NCBI GenBank assembly: GCA_937136445.1
Contig: CAKZOQ010000048.1
Location: 1 to 28,379, forward strand
Source: an uncultured Gemmatimonadota bacterium
Lineage (GTDB): Bacteria > Gemmatimonadota > Gemmatimonadetes > Longimicrobiales > Gaopeijiaceae
DNA length: 28,379 nucleotides
Reading direction: 5' to 3'
The first letter of the stretch is position 1, and each line of letters starts with the position of its first letter. This document shows positions 11,217 to 19,897 of the stretch, in pieces. The position numbers and the translations under genes were made by a program. Below the pieces are notes generated by a model. It was not told the origin of the DNA. It worked only from the letters and a program-made list of their open reading frames with translations, and searched no databases.

Positions 11217-13075
11217 GTCTCCGGGAGATCCTCGAGGACGGGCGGGTCCACCTGGTGGACGGAGCCATGGGGACCCTCCTCTACAACCGGGGCGTCTTCG
11301 TCAACGTCTGCTACGACGAGCTCAACCTGGACCGCCCGGAGCTGGTCCAGGGGATCCACGAGGAGTACGTGGAGGCCGGGGCCGAGATCCTGGAGACGAA
11401 CACCTTCGGCGCCAACCCCGTGAAGCTCTCGGCCTTCGGATTGGAGGACCGCACCGAGGAGATCAACGAGACCGCCGTGCGCCTCGCCCGTGCCGCGGCC
11501 GGCTCCCGAGCGTACGTCACCGGCGCGGTCGGTCCCCTGGGGATACGGATCGAGCCCTGGGGTCCCACGGCCCTGGAGGAGGCGGTGGAGCTCTTTCAGC
11601 GCCAGATCCGGGGACTCCTGGAGGGCGGCGCGGACGGCTTCGTGCTGGAGACCTTCTCCGACCTCCATGAACTGCAATGCGCAGTGCGCGCGGTGCGGGA
11701 GCTGACCGACCTTCCCGTCATCGCGCAGATGACGGTGGGTCAGGACGGTACCACCTCCTACGGCACGACCGCGGCGGCCATCGCTCCCGAGCTGGCCGAA
11801 CTCGACGTCCAGGTCGTCGGGCTCAACTGCAGCGTGGGCCCGGCCGTGATGCTGGACGCGCTGGAGGAGATGGCCGCCACCACCGACCGGCCCCTGGCGG
11901 CTCAGCCCAACGCCGGTCTTCCGCGCACCGTGGGCGACCGGAAGATCTACCTGGCCAGCCCCGAGTACATGGGTCAGTACGCCCGGCGCATGATCGAGGT
12001 GGGCGCCCGACTCGTCGGGGGATGCTGCGGCACCACGCCAGAGCACATCGCCGCCCTCCGGGACGCCGTCGCTTCGTGGCAGCCGACCCGCAGCTCGGTG
12101 TTCGTGCCGGCGACTCCGCGGGACATGCCCGACGATCATCCCGTTCAGGGGCCGGTCCCCCTCGAGCGCCGGTCCGCCCTGGGCCGGAAGCTCGCCCGGG
12201 GCGAGCCGGTGGCCACGGTGGAGATCTATCCGCCGCACGGCTGGGATCGGGACGCCATCATGGACCCGGCCCGGGAGCTCAAGGTGGCGGGTGTGGATGC
12301 CGTGAACATCTTCGACTCGGCCCGGGGACAGACCCGGATGGGCGTCGTTCCGTCCGCGCTCCTGGTGGAGCGGGAGGTTGGGATCGAGACCGTGGTGCAC
12401 TACACCTGCAGGGACAAGAACATGCCCGGGATGATCTCCGACCTCCTGGGCGCAGCCGGCGTGGGGCTCCGCAACCTCCTCCTGGTGAGCGGCGACCCCC
12501 CGGTCCAGGGGCCCTACCAGGACGCCAAGGCCGTCTTCGACATCGACTCCATCGGGCTCACCAACGTGGTGCAGGGGCTGAATCGTGGCGTGGACCCCGG
12601 AGGCAACTCCATCGGCTCCCCCACCGAATTCGTCGTCGGGGTGGCGGCCAACCACGGCGCGGTGGACCGGGATCGCGAGCGGAAGCGCTTCCGCTACAAG
12701 GTCGAGGCCGGTGCGGACTACGCCGTGACCCAGCCCGTCTTCGATCCCGAGGCGCTCGAGCGGTTCCTGGAGGAGGTCGCCCGGGACGACATCCCCGTCA
12801 TCGCAGGGATCTGGCCCTTCCTCAACCTCCGGAACGCGGAGTTCCTGGCCAACGAGGCCCCCGGGGTCGAGGTCCCCACGGCGGCGGTGGATCGCATGCG
12901 TTCGGCCCAGCAGTCCGGGACGGAAGCCGCGCTGGAGGAGGGCGTCGCCCTGGCCCTGGAGATGATCGAAGCCGTGCGACCATTGGTGGCCGGCTTCCAT
13001 CTGAGTGCCCCCAACGGCCGGGTGGACGTGGCCCTCCGGGTCCTCCGCGAAGGGGGCGTTCGGGCCACGGCCTGA
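11213..13075 (+). CDS. yitJ: Bifunctional homocysteine S-methyltransferase / 5,10-methylenetetrahydrofolate reductase (YitJ-type), 620 aa
   Basis: ATGA overlap with the metH stop. N-terminal domain: [39 protein letters not shown]-terminal MTHFR domain: [38 protein letters not shown]. Confidence 0.93.
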
Positions 13076-13094
13076 GTCGGGGTCGCCCCGGCTC
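13074..13094. terminator. GC-rich hairpin between convergent reading frames; possible bidirectional terminator
   Basis: GAGTCGGGG-TCG-CCCCGGCTC gives a 9-bp stem with one G:U pair, directly at the yitJ stop. There is no U-tract. Confidence 0.4.
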
Positions 13095-13213
13095 TAGGTG
13101 GCCTCGCGAGCCTCGTCCCTGGCCTCTTCGGCGAGGGTGCGGCGGCGGTGGATGAAGCCCAGCAGCACGAGCCCGGTGGCCAGCAGGACGTAGGTGGAGG
13201 GCTCGGGAGGGAT
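13094..13213 (-). pseudogene. Orphan PEP-CTERM sorting-signal remnant
   Basis: IPPEPSTYVLLATGLVLLGFIHRRR followed by 15 aa and TAG gives the PEP motif, TM helix and basic cluster. The in-frame upstream sequence (to ATG 13330) has no signal peptide or recognisable domain and overlaps the opposite-strand promoter at 13294-13323. Confidence 0.6.
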
Positions 13214-13293
13214 CGCACAGGAAGCCGACTCAGAGCCCGTCCTCCCCCGCCCGCTCCGGCTGAGCGGACCGACGGTCTCAGGGGCTCCTGATC

Positions 13294-13323
13294 TTGCCGC
13301 AGGACCCCTCCGGCGCCTAGCCT
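13294..13323 (+). promoter_or_regulatory. Putative sigma70-type promoter for the MBL-fold hydrolase
   Basis: TTGCCG (13294-99), 18-nt spacer, TAGCCT (13318-23), ending 39 nt upstream of ATG 13363. Confidence 0.4.
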
Positions 13324-13362
13324 GGACCATCCTCCCCGAACCCCCCGAGCCTCCGAGATACC

Positions 13363-15297
13363 ATGCCCACAGGATGGGTACGCGCCTGGGACGAAGAGCA
13401 CGCCCAGGGAGGGTTCGAGTCCGGTTCTGCCCGATCGCGCTGGCGGCGGCAGTTTCGCACCTCCCTCCACGAATCAGAGGACCCGTCGTCCGCGGTCCTG
13501 GCGGAGCTGGGCTGGGGCGACGAGGTCCGCCTTCCCGCTGGGATCGGCGGGGACGAATGGACGGCGGTGGAGGCCGACGAAGGGGAGGGCTTCATGCGCC
13601 GGGACCACCTTGTGGAGGTGGCTTGGGTGGATCGTACCGAGGACGGGGGCTTCACCGCCTCCCTCCACTTCCACCACGAGGGGGAGGTGGACCTCCTCTG
13701 GGGCGACCTGGTTCAGGTCCTCCACCGCTCCGGCGACACCTGTCGGGTGCGGGCACGCGGTCTCTGGGGGACCATGGACGGCCGGCGGCTGCGCCCTACG
13801 GCCCTCCTGGAGCTCTATTTCATCGATGTGGGCCAGGGCGACGGCGTCCTGCTCCGGACGCCCTCCGGACGTCACATGCTGCTGGACGGAGGCATCGCCC
13901 GCTCCGTCCAGATGACGGGGAAGAACGCCGCCGACTTCGTGGACTGGAAGTTCCACCGGGACTACGGCGACTATCGGGTCAAGCTGGACGCCCTGGTGGC
14001 CTCCCACTGCGACTACGACCACTACGGGGGGCTCTGGGACCTCATTCGACTCGAGCCCGACGACGACGACGAGCTGGACTGTGCGGAGGTGGAGGTCGTG
14101 GAGTTCTTCCACGCTGGCCTCTCCCGGTGGAAGGACCGGGACGGCGTCGATCCGCCGCACCGGGACGGGCTGGGACCCAACGACGGCATCTGGATTCGGC
14201 GCCTCCTGGGCGACCGGTCGGACGCCGAGGCCAGCGTCGTCCACGGCGCCGAGGAGGCCCTCCAGGGGTACTGGGGCTGGTTCGTCGACGACGTGCTCAC
14301 CCGGCATCCCGAAGCAGGGGTCCAACGGTTGGGCGTGGACGCCGACACCCTCACCGCGGGAGGCACCTTCCCCCGGGTATGGCCCGATGAGCCCGGGGTG
14401 GACATCCACGTCCTGGCACCCATCACCCGCATGGTGGAGGGTGCACCGGCCCTCCTGGACCTGGGGGACCGAGGACAGAACACCAACGGGCACAGCATCT
14501 GCCTGCGGGTGGACCACGGCGCCGCCCGCATCCTCCTCACCGGCGATCTGAACAAGGCCAGCCAGGACTGGATCATGGACGCCTATGGGGACCGCATCGC
14601 CGCCTTCAACTGCGACGTGGCCAAGGCGTGCCACCACGGGAGCGGGGACATCTCCATCGCCTTCCTGGAGCGGATCAACGCCGCCGCCACCGTCATCTCG
14701 TCGGGGGACGCGGAAGGGTACGCTCACCCCCGTCCGGAGGTGGTGGCCGCCAGCGCCGTCACCGGCTTCGTCACGGTGGACCGGGAAGCGGACCGCCTCA
14801 TCACACCGCTGGTCTACATGACCGAGATCGAGCGCTCGGTGGAGGTGGGCGAGGTGAGCCACATCACCATCACCCGGTACCCCGACAGCGACGGTGGGGA
14901 GGACGACGGAGCCCTTTTCGCCCTCCCCCGGCACGAGATCGCCGACGGAGCGCTCCCCACCTGGCACGACCGGCAGCGAATGCGGGAAGAGCCGGAGGAG
15001 GCCGACCGGATCGAGGAGGAGGCCGAGGATCGGGAAGCGGGGCACCTGGACCGCATGGACGCGCTCCAACGGGCTGCGCGCACCCGGGCGGAGTATCACT
15101 ACCGCTCCCCCCACCGTCTCTTCTCCACGCGCTACGGCAACCAGTCCGTCTGGCGGTCCCGCATCATGACACGGACCCACTACGGCCTGGTGAACGTCCG
15201 TACCGACGGTGAGACGGTGATGTGCGCCACCATGCGCGAGTCCGGGAGCGGGTGGACGGTCCACACCTTCCCGGCGCGCTTCGGGCCCCGGAGCTGA
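13363..15297 (+). CDS. Stand-alone ComEC/Rec2-like metallo-beta-lactamase-fold hydrolase with two N-terminal SH3-like repeats, 644 aa
   Basis: YFIDVGQGDGVLL, LLDGG, SHCDYDHYGGL (HxDxDH at 14005-14022), NTNGHSI, ILLTGDL, KACHHGS and ISSGDAEGYAHPRPE. The N-terminus has two LxWGDxV-containing units. No signal peptide or TM segment was seen. Confidence 0.8.
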   Translation: MPTGWVRAWDEEHAQGGFESGSARSRWRRQFRTSLHESEDPSSAVLAELGWGDEVRLPAGIGGDEWTAVEADEGEGFMRRDHLVEVAWVDRTEDGGFTASLHFHHEGEVDLLWGDLVQVLHRSGDTCRVRARGLWGTMDGRRLRPTALLELYFIDVGQGDGVLLRTPSGRHMLLDGGIARSVQMTGKNAADFVDWKFHRDYGDYRVKLDALVASHCDYDHYGGLWDLIRLEPDDDDELDCAEVEVVEFFHAGLSRWKDRDGVDPPHRDGLGPNDGIWIRRLLGDRSDAEASVVHGAEEALQGYWGWFVDDVLTRHPEAGVQRLGVDADTLTAGGTFPRVWPDEPGVDIHVLAPITRMVEGAPALLDLGDRGQNTNGHSICLRVDHGAARILLTGDLNKASQDWIMDAYGDRIAAFNCDVAKACHHGSGDISIAFLERINAAATVISSGDAEGYAHPRPEVVAASAVTGFVTVDREADRLITPLVYMTEIERSVEVGEVSHITITRYPDSDGGEDDGALFALPRHEIADGALPTWHDRQRMREEPEEADRIEEEAEDREAGHLDRMDALQRAARTRAEYHYRSPHRLFSTRYGNQSVWRSRIMTRTHYGLVNVRTDGETVMCATMRESGSGWTVHTFPARFGPRS

Positions 15298-15312
15298 CGG
15301 AGAGGGGGGCTT

Positions 15313-16584
15313 CTAGGGTTGGCCGCCGCGGACGACCCGGCCGCCCTTCATCACGAAGGAGACGTCCCGCAGGACTTCGATGTCGGTCAGGGGATCGCCG
15401 TCCACTGCGATGAGGTCCGCCGCCATGCCGGGGCCTAGGGTCCCGATGCGGTCGCCGAGCCCGAGGGAGCGCGCCGCCGTGCGGGTGGCATCCACGAGAG
15501 CGGCGTGGGCGTCCTGGCCACCGTCCTGCACCCGGACCAGGATCTCCCGCACGTTCTGCCCGTGGGCGCCAGCGGTGGCGTCGGTTCCCATGGGCATCTG
15601 GAGCCCCTCGGTCTCGAGGCCCATTCGGAAGACCTCGAGCATGGAGGTCTGCGCTCGCTCCATGTGGGCGAAGCCCTCCTCGGTATAGTTGCCCACGCCC
15701 AGATACCGGTCCTTGTTCTCCATGTAGTTCTGGACGACCAGACCCACGTTGGGATCGAAGAAGAGCCCTTCCTCCGCCAGGAGGTCCAGCGTCTCCTGGT
15801 CCAGGAGGGCACCGTGTTCGATGGTGGTGCACCCGGCCCGTGCCGCCCGCTGGGCGCTCACCGGCCCGTGGGCGTGGACCACGCTCCGGATCTCCAGCGC
15901 CCGGGCCTCGCCGCAGGCCGCGTCGAGCTGGTCCTGGGTGAGAGTGGGAACGCCGGCGTCGCGGATGCTCCGGGAGGCGAAGATCTTCACCGCGTCGGCC
16001 CCGGCCTCCCGCCGGGCTCGGACGGCGGCTCGGAGGTCCTCGGGGGTCATCTCCGCGTCGGTGATGGGTGCGAGGGAGGTCACGATCCTGGGCCCTGGAA
16101 GCTCCCCTCGGTCGATGGCGTCCCGAAGGGGCGCATCGACCGACCCGCCGATGCTCTGGACGGTGGTGAAGCCAGCCATGAGGGTCCGGTAGGCGTTCTC
16201 CGCCGCGTACAGCGCCGTCACCTCGCCGGGCTCCTCGGCGTCCGTGTGGGTCATCCCATCGGCGTCGAAGTGGGCCCCGATATGGACGTGGGTGTCGATG
16301 AGCCCGGGCAGCACCGTCCGGCCTCGGAGATCCACGGTGGCCGGACCCTGATGGTCCCGGATCTCGACGATGGATCCGTCGCGGATGACAACGTCACGGT
16401 CCTGGAGCACCGCTCCGGTCCCGTCCAGCAGCCGCGAGGTCCGCAGCACCACCCCGCCGTCGGCAGGGGCGGCCTGGGTGACGGATTCCCCCGGGGCGTC
16501 CGCCTCCTCCGTACCCGCCGTGCAGCCTGCGAGGACGCCGAGGCCGAGGAGGGCCCCGCCGGCGAGGCGGACGCCCTGCCTCAC
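15313..16584 (-). CDS. Metal-dependent amidohydrolase (imidazolonepropionase / Xaa-Pro dipeptidase-like) lipoprotein, 423 aa
   Basis: Lipobox LAGC, PGLIDTHVHI, AVKIFAS, VHAHG, TIEHG, MGTDA and IGTLGPGMAADLIAVDGDPL. It starts 7 nt after the ankyrin stop. Confidence 0.88.
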   Translation of the reverse strand: MRQGVRLAGGALLGLGVLAGCTAGTEEADAPGESVTQAAPADGGVVLRTSRLLDGTGAVLQDRDVVIRDGSIVEIRDHQGPATVDLRGRTVLPGLIDTHVHIGAHFDADGMTHTDAEEPGEVTALYAAENAYRTLMAGFTTVQSIGGSVDAPLRDAIDRGELPGPRIVTSLAPITDAEMTPEDLRAAVRARREAGADAVKIFASRSIRDAGVPTLTQDQLDAACGEARALEIRSVVHAHGPVSAQRAARAGCTTIEHGALLDQETLDLLAEEGLFFDPNVGLVVQNYMENKDRYLGVGNYTEEGFAHMERAQTSMLEVFRMGLETEGLQMPMGTDATAGAHGQNVREILVRVQDGGQDAHAALVDATRTAARSLGLGDRIGTLGPGMAADLIAVDGDPLTDIEVLRDVSFVMKGGRVVRGGQP

Positions 16585-16591
16585 ACGCCGC

Positions 16592-18430
16592 TCACTGGCA
16601 GGAGACGCAGTTCTGGTTGTTCACCACGCCGAGGCTCTCCAGGTACGCCAGCGTCTCCGGGAACGGCTGGATCCGCTGGTAGGGTCCGTTGGCCATGTCG
16701 GCCGCGGTCTGTCCGAATCGGCTGACCACGGTCAGGTCGGCCCCCTGCTCCACGAGGTAGCGCACCATCTCGGTGTCCCCCCGGGAGGCGGCGTTGTGCA
16801 GGGCCGTGTATCCCTGATGGTCTCGCTGGTTGACGTCGGCTCCCAGCTCCTCCACGAGGTACCGGACGGCCGGCATCCACCCGCCCGGCTTGTGGCGATG
16901 GGCGTTCCCCGCGAAGCCGAGGCCATAGCCTGCCCCGCTGGCCACATGGATGGGATACTCTGCGGGCCCGCCGACGGGAACCGGCGACAGTCCGCTCTCG
17001 TCCTCCTCGCCGTCCGGATAGTCGAATCCGCTCCCCGGCTTCCGGCGGCTGGGAATCCCGGGATCGGCCCCGTACTCCATCAAGAGCTTCATGGCCGCCA
17101 CGTCGGTGCCGTAGGCGGCGCGCCAGAAGGCCGTGGCACCCCAGTGGCTCGTGGAGAGTCGGGGCGTATTGAACTCGGTGTACCAGAGCTCCCGCTCCAG
17201 ACGGGCGTTGGGGTCCGCCCCTGCCTCGAGGAGCGCCTCGACGAGCTCCAGGTACGACGTCTCCTGCTGCTTGTGGGCGTTGGGCTGTGGATACCACGAG
17301 GTGGGGCCCCACTCCAGGTTGATGGCGCCGTAGAGAGCCGTGGCTCCGGCGTCGCTGGCGTGGTTCGGGTCGGCGCCCCGCTCCAGAAGTCGCATGGCCA
17401 GGTCGAAGTGGCCGTTGATGGTGGCGATGAGGAGGGGGGGCGTCCCGTCGGCGCTGGACTGCTCGAGGTCGGCGCCGCCGTCGAGGAGCGCCTCCACCGC
17501 CGAGGCGTGCCCCTGCCGCGCAGCGTGCAGGAGGGGCGTCATGCCACCCTTCTTCTCGATGAGGTCCACGAAGCTCTTCCGCATGCGCTCCAGCGGCTCC
17601 TCTTCCTCGTCCTCCCCGTCCTCCGAGGCGGGCTCCTCGGCTCCGGCCTCCGCCGTCTCCGGTTCGTCGGCCTCCTCCGCCTCCGCGGCCGCCGGCTCCT
17701 CACCCGTCTCGGCCTCCTCTTCCTCCTCCCCCGGCTCCGGCGAACGGCCGTAGCCACCCTCCACGAACCCCTCACCCCACTCCAGGATCTTCCGCTCGTC
17801 CCGAAGTCGCTTCAGCTCCTGGTCCTCTTCGGCCCGCGCCACCACATCGATGACCCGGGTGGTGAGGGAGGGGTCCGCCCCGGCCTCGAGGAGCGCCCGC
17901 ACCGCCCCCGCCTCCCCCGCCGCCGCCGCGAAGACCAGAGGCGTCTGGTCCGACGCGCCTTCCCGGGCATCCACCTCCGCCCCCGCCTGGGACAGGAGCC
18001 GGATGCCCTCCACCAGCCCGGAAGAGGCGGCGAAGTGGAGGGGTGTGGTCCCCAGCGAGTTGGTGGCGCCGGGATCGGCTCCGCCCTCCAGGAGGACGCC
18101 GATGAGCGCGTCGTGACCCGCCCGGGCCGCCAGGTGGAGGGGCGTGTAGCCGCCGTTCCGCGTGGCAGCATCCGGGAAGGCACCGGCCACCAGGAGCATC
18201 CGCGCCATCTGGGGGTGGCCGCCCTGGGCCGCCCAGTGGAGAGCCGTCATCCCGCCGTTCTGCGCGGCATTCACGTCCGCACCGGCACGGATGAGTGTCT
18301 GCACGGTCTCGGCGTCGCCGCGCTCGGCGGCGTCCGCCAGCTCGGAATCGACGACCACGTGGGCCGAGAGGACGAGGGTCAGTACCAGGGGCCCCAGGAG
18401 GGCCACGGCGGTACGGAGGGGGTGGGTCAT
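16592..18430 (-). CDS. Exported ankyrin-repeat protein with an acidic insert and a C-terminal CxxC, 612 aa
   Basis: GGGAG RBS then ATG 18430 and a signal peptide. Repeats include GMTALHWAA, GYTPLHLAA, GTTPLHFAA, DQTPLVFAA, GMTPLLHAA, GTPPLLIAT and GYTALHNAA. An E-rich segment lies at about 17590-17740, and the protein ends NNQNCVSCQ. Confidence 0.9.
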   Translation of the reverse strand: MTHPLRTAVALLGPLVLTLVLSAHVVVDSELADAAERGDAETVQTLIRAGADVNAAQNGGMTALHWAAQGGHPQMARMLLVAGAFPDAATRNGGYTPLHLAARAGHDALIGVLLEGGADPGATNSLGTTPLHFAASSGLVEGIRLLSQAGAEVDAREGASDQTPLVFAAAAGEAGAVRALLEAGADPSLTTRVIDVVARAEEDQELKRLRDERKILEWGEGFVEGGYGRSPEPGEEEEEAETGEEPAAAEAEEADEPETAEAGAEEPASEDGEDEEEEPLERMRKSFVDLIEKKGGMTPLLHAARQGHASAVEALLDGGADLEQSSADGTPPLLIATINGHFDLAMRLLERGADPNHASDAGATALYGAINLEWGPTSWYPQPNAHKQQETSYLELVEALLEAGADPNARLERELWYTEFNTPRLSTSHWGATAFWRAAYGTDVAAMKLLMEYGADPGIPSRRKPGSGFDYPDGEEDESGLSPVPVGGPAEYPIHVASGAGYGLGFAGNAHRHKPGGWMPAVRYLVEELGADVNQRDHQGYTALHNAASRGDTEMVRYLVEQGADLTVVSRFGQTAADMANGPYQRIQPFPETLAYLESLGVVNNQNCVSCQ

Positions 18431-18453
18431 GGGTCGGGTCTCCCGTAGGTCGT

Positions 18454-19848
18454 TCACACCGGGTGGTTCAGCGGAAGGGGCGCGGTGCTGTCGCCGAAGC
18501 TCTCCAGATCGTCGAAGCCCAGCCCGTGCATGAGGCTGAGGAAGGCGTTCGCCATGGGGGTGCCGTCCGGCGTCTTCAGGTGGAGGTTCCCCTCCAGGGC
18601 ACCGTTGGCCTTCCCGGCGAAGAAGAGGGGCAGACGACGGTGGTTGTGGATGTTCGGGTCGCCCATGGCCGAACCGTAGACGACGGCCGTCTTGTCCAGC
18701 AGGGGTACGCCGCCCTCCGTGGTCTCGTGGAGCCGTTCCAGGAGGTAGGTCACGACCTCCACGTGGTAGCGGTTCAGCTCGGCGAAGCGGAGGATCTCAC
18801 GCTCGTTGTTGGCGTGGTGGGAGAGGGGGTGGAAGCCGGCGTTCACCCCGCTCTCCGGGTAGACGCGGGCCGACGCGTCCCGGGAGAGCTTGAGGGTGAA
18901 GACGCGGGTCAGGTCCTGTTCGAAGGCCAGGACCTGAAGGTCGAACATCATCTCCACATGCTCCCGGAAGGAATCCGGGACCCCCGCCGGAGCCTCGGGG
19001 ATCTCCCGGGCCTCGCCGGAGTCGTTCCGCTCCTCGGTGAGCTGGATCCTGCGCTCCAGCTCCCGGACCCCGGAGAGGTACCGGTCGAGGCGGTTCCGGT
19101 CCGGCCCGTCGAGCTGGCTCGACAGTTGGCCGATGCGTTCCACCAGAGCGTCGAGGATGCTCCCACGCGTCCGCAGGCGCGCCGCCCGCTCCTCCGCCGT
19201 GCCGCCAGCCCCGAAGAGCTGGTCGAAGGCCTGTCGGGGGTTCTGGATCATGGGAAGCGGCTCCACCGGCGACTTCCAGCTCATGGAATCGGTGTAGACG
19301 CACGAGTAGTTGTACGGGCACCCGCCGGACTGGTCCACCGGCTCGATGCAGAGCTGCATGGACGGGATCGGCGTCTCCTGGCCGTATCGCTCGGCGTACA
19401 TCTGGTCCAGGGAGGTCCCGATGTACACGTCCGAACCCTCGGTCTGCTTGGCGTGCTGCTGGGTCAGGAAGGTGGCGGTGGACCGGAAGTGGTCCCCCCC
19501 GATCTCCTGCGGGTTGAAGGCCTCCGCCATCCGGGCGTCGGTGTTGCTGACGATGGTGAGGTAGTCCCGCCAGGGCTCCAGCGGAGCCATGCTGGTGGGT
19601 CCGAGGTCGAAGTCCCGGCCGGTCTGGGCAGGGGACCACAGATTCCGGGTCGCCCCCCACTCGTTGCACCCGGCGGCGCCGTGGCTCTGCTCCATGGCGA
19701 TGAGACGGGGCTGATCCGGCACGAGCCGACGCATGTAGCCGGGCTTGCCGGCGGGAATCATGGCGTCCAGGAGGGGCAGCCCCACCATGGCACCCATCCC
19801 TCGCAGGAAGGTGCGGCGGCCGATGTGGGCTCCGGTCAGGTATCTCAT
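18454..19848 (-). CDS. DUF1552 (HXXSHH) family protein with a Tat signal, 464 aa
   Basis: AGGAG RBS, RRTFLRGMGAMVGLPLLDAMIPA twin-arginine signal, GGDHFRS, the Cys motif LCIEPVDQSGGCPYNYSCVY, and FHPLSHH (18814-18831). Confidence 0.9.
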   Translation of the reverse strand: MRYLTGAHIGRRTFLRGMGAMVGLPLLDAMIPAGKPGYMRRLVPDQPRLIAMEQSHGAAGCNEWGATRNLWSPAQTGRDFDLGPTSMAPLEPWRDYLTIVSNTDARMAEAFNPQEIGGDHFRSTATFLTQQHAKQTEGSDVYIGTSLDQMYAERYGQETPIPSMQLCIEPVDQSGGCPYNYSCVYTDSMSWKSPVEPLPMIQNPRQAFDQLFGAGGTAEERAARLRTRGSILDALVERIGQLSSQLDGPDRNRLDRYLSGVRELERRIQLTEERNDSGEAREIPEAPAGVPDSFREHVEMMFDLQVLAFEQDLTRVFTLKLSRDASARVYPESGVNAGFHPLSHHANNEREILRFAELNRYHVEVVTYLLERLHETTEGGVPLLDKTAVVYGSAMGDPNIHNHRRLPLFFAGKANGALEGNLHLKTPDGTPMANAFLSLMHGLGFDDLESFGDSTAPLPLNHPV

Positions 19849-19875
19849 GCAGGTTCTCCTTGGAATGCTCGTCGT

Positions 19876-19897
19876 CGGGTGCCCGAGGGCACGCCCG
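19876..19897. other. Intercistronic stem-loop directly after the DUF1592 stop
   Basis: GTGCC-CGAG-GGCAC core, extended by CGGG/CCCG with a bulge. No U-tract; function unknown. Confidence 0.3.

Noticed and set aside
13214-13330. The 78-aa ORF 13094-13330 as an intact PEP-CTERM protein
   Set aside because: There is no signal peptide or RBS, the N-terminal half is Arg/Gly-rich junk, and it overlaps the opposite-strand promoter. Only the tail is supported.
13363-15297. Calling the MBL hydrolase comEC or a beta-lactamase
   Set aside because: It has no multi-TM competence domain and no export signal. The motifs are ComEC-like (HxDxDH, HHGS), not class B beta-lactamase.
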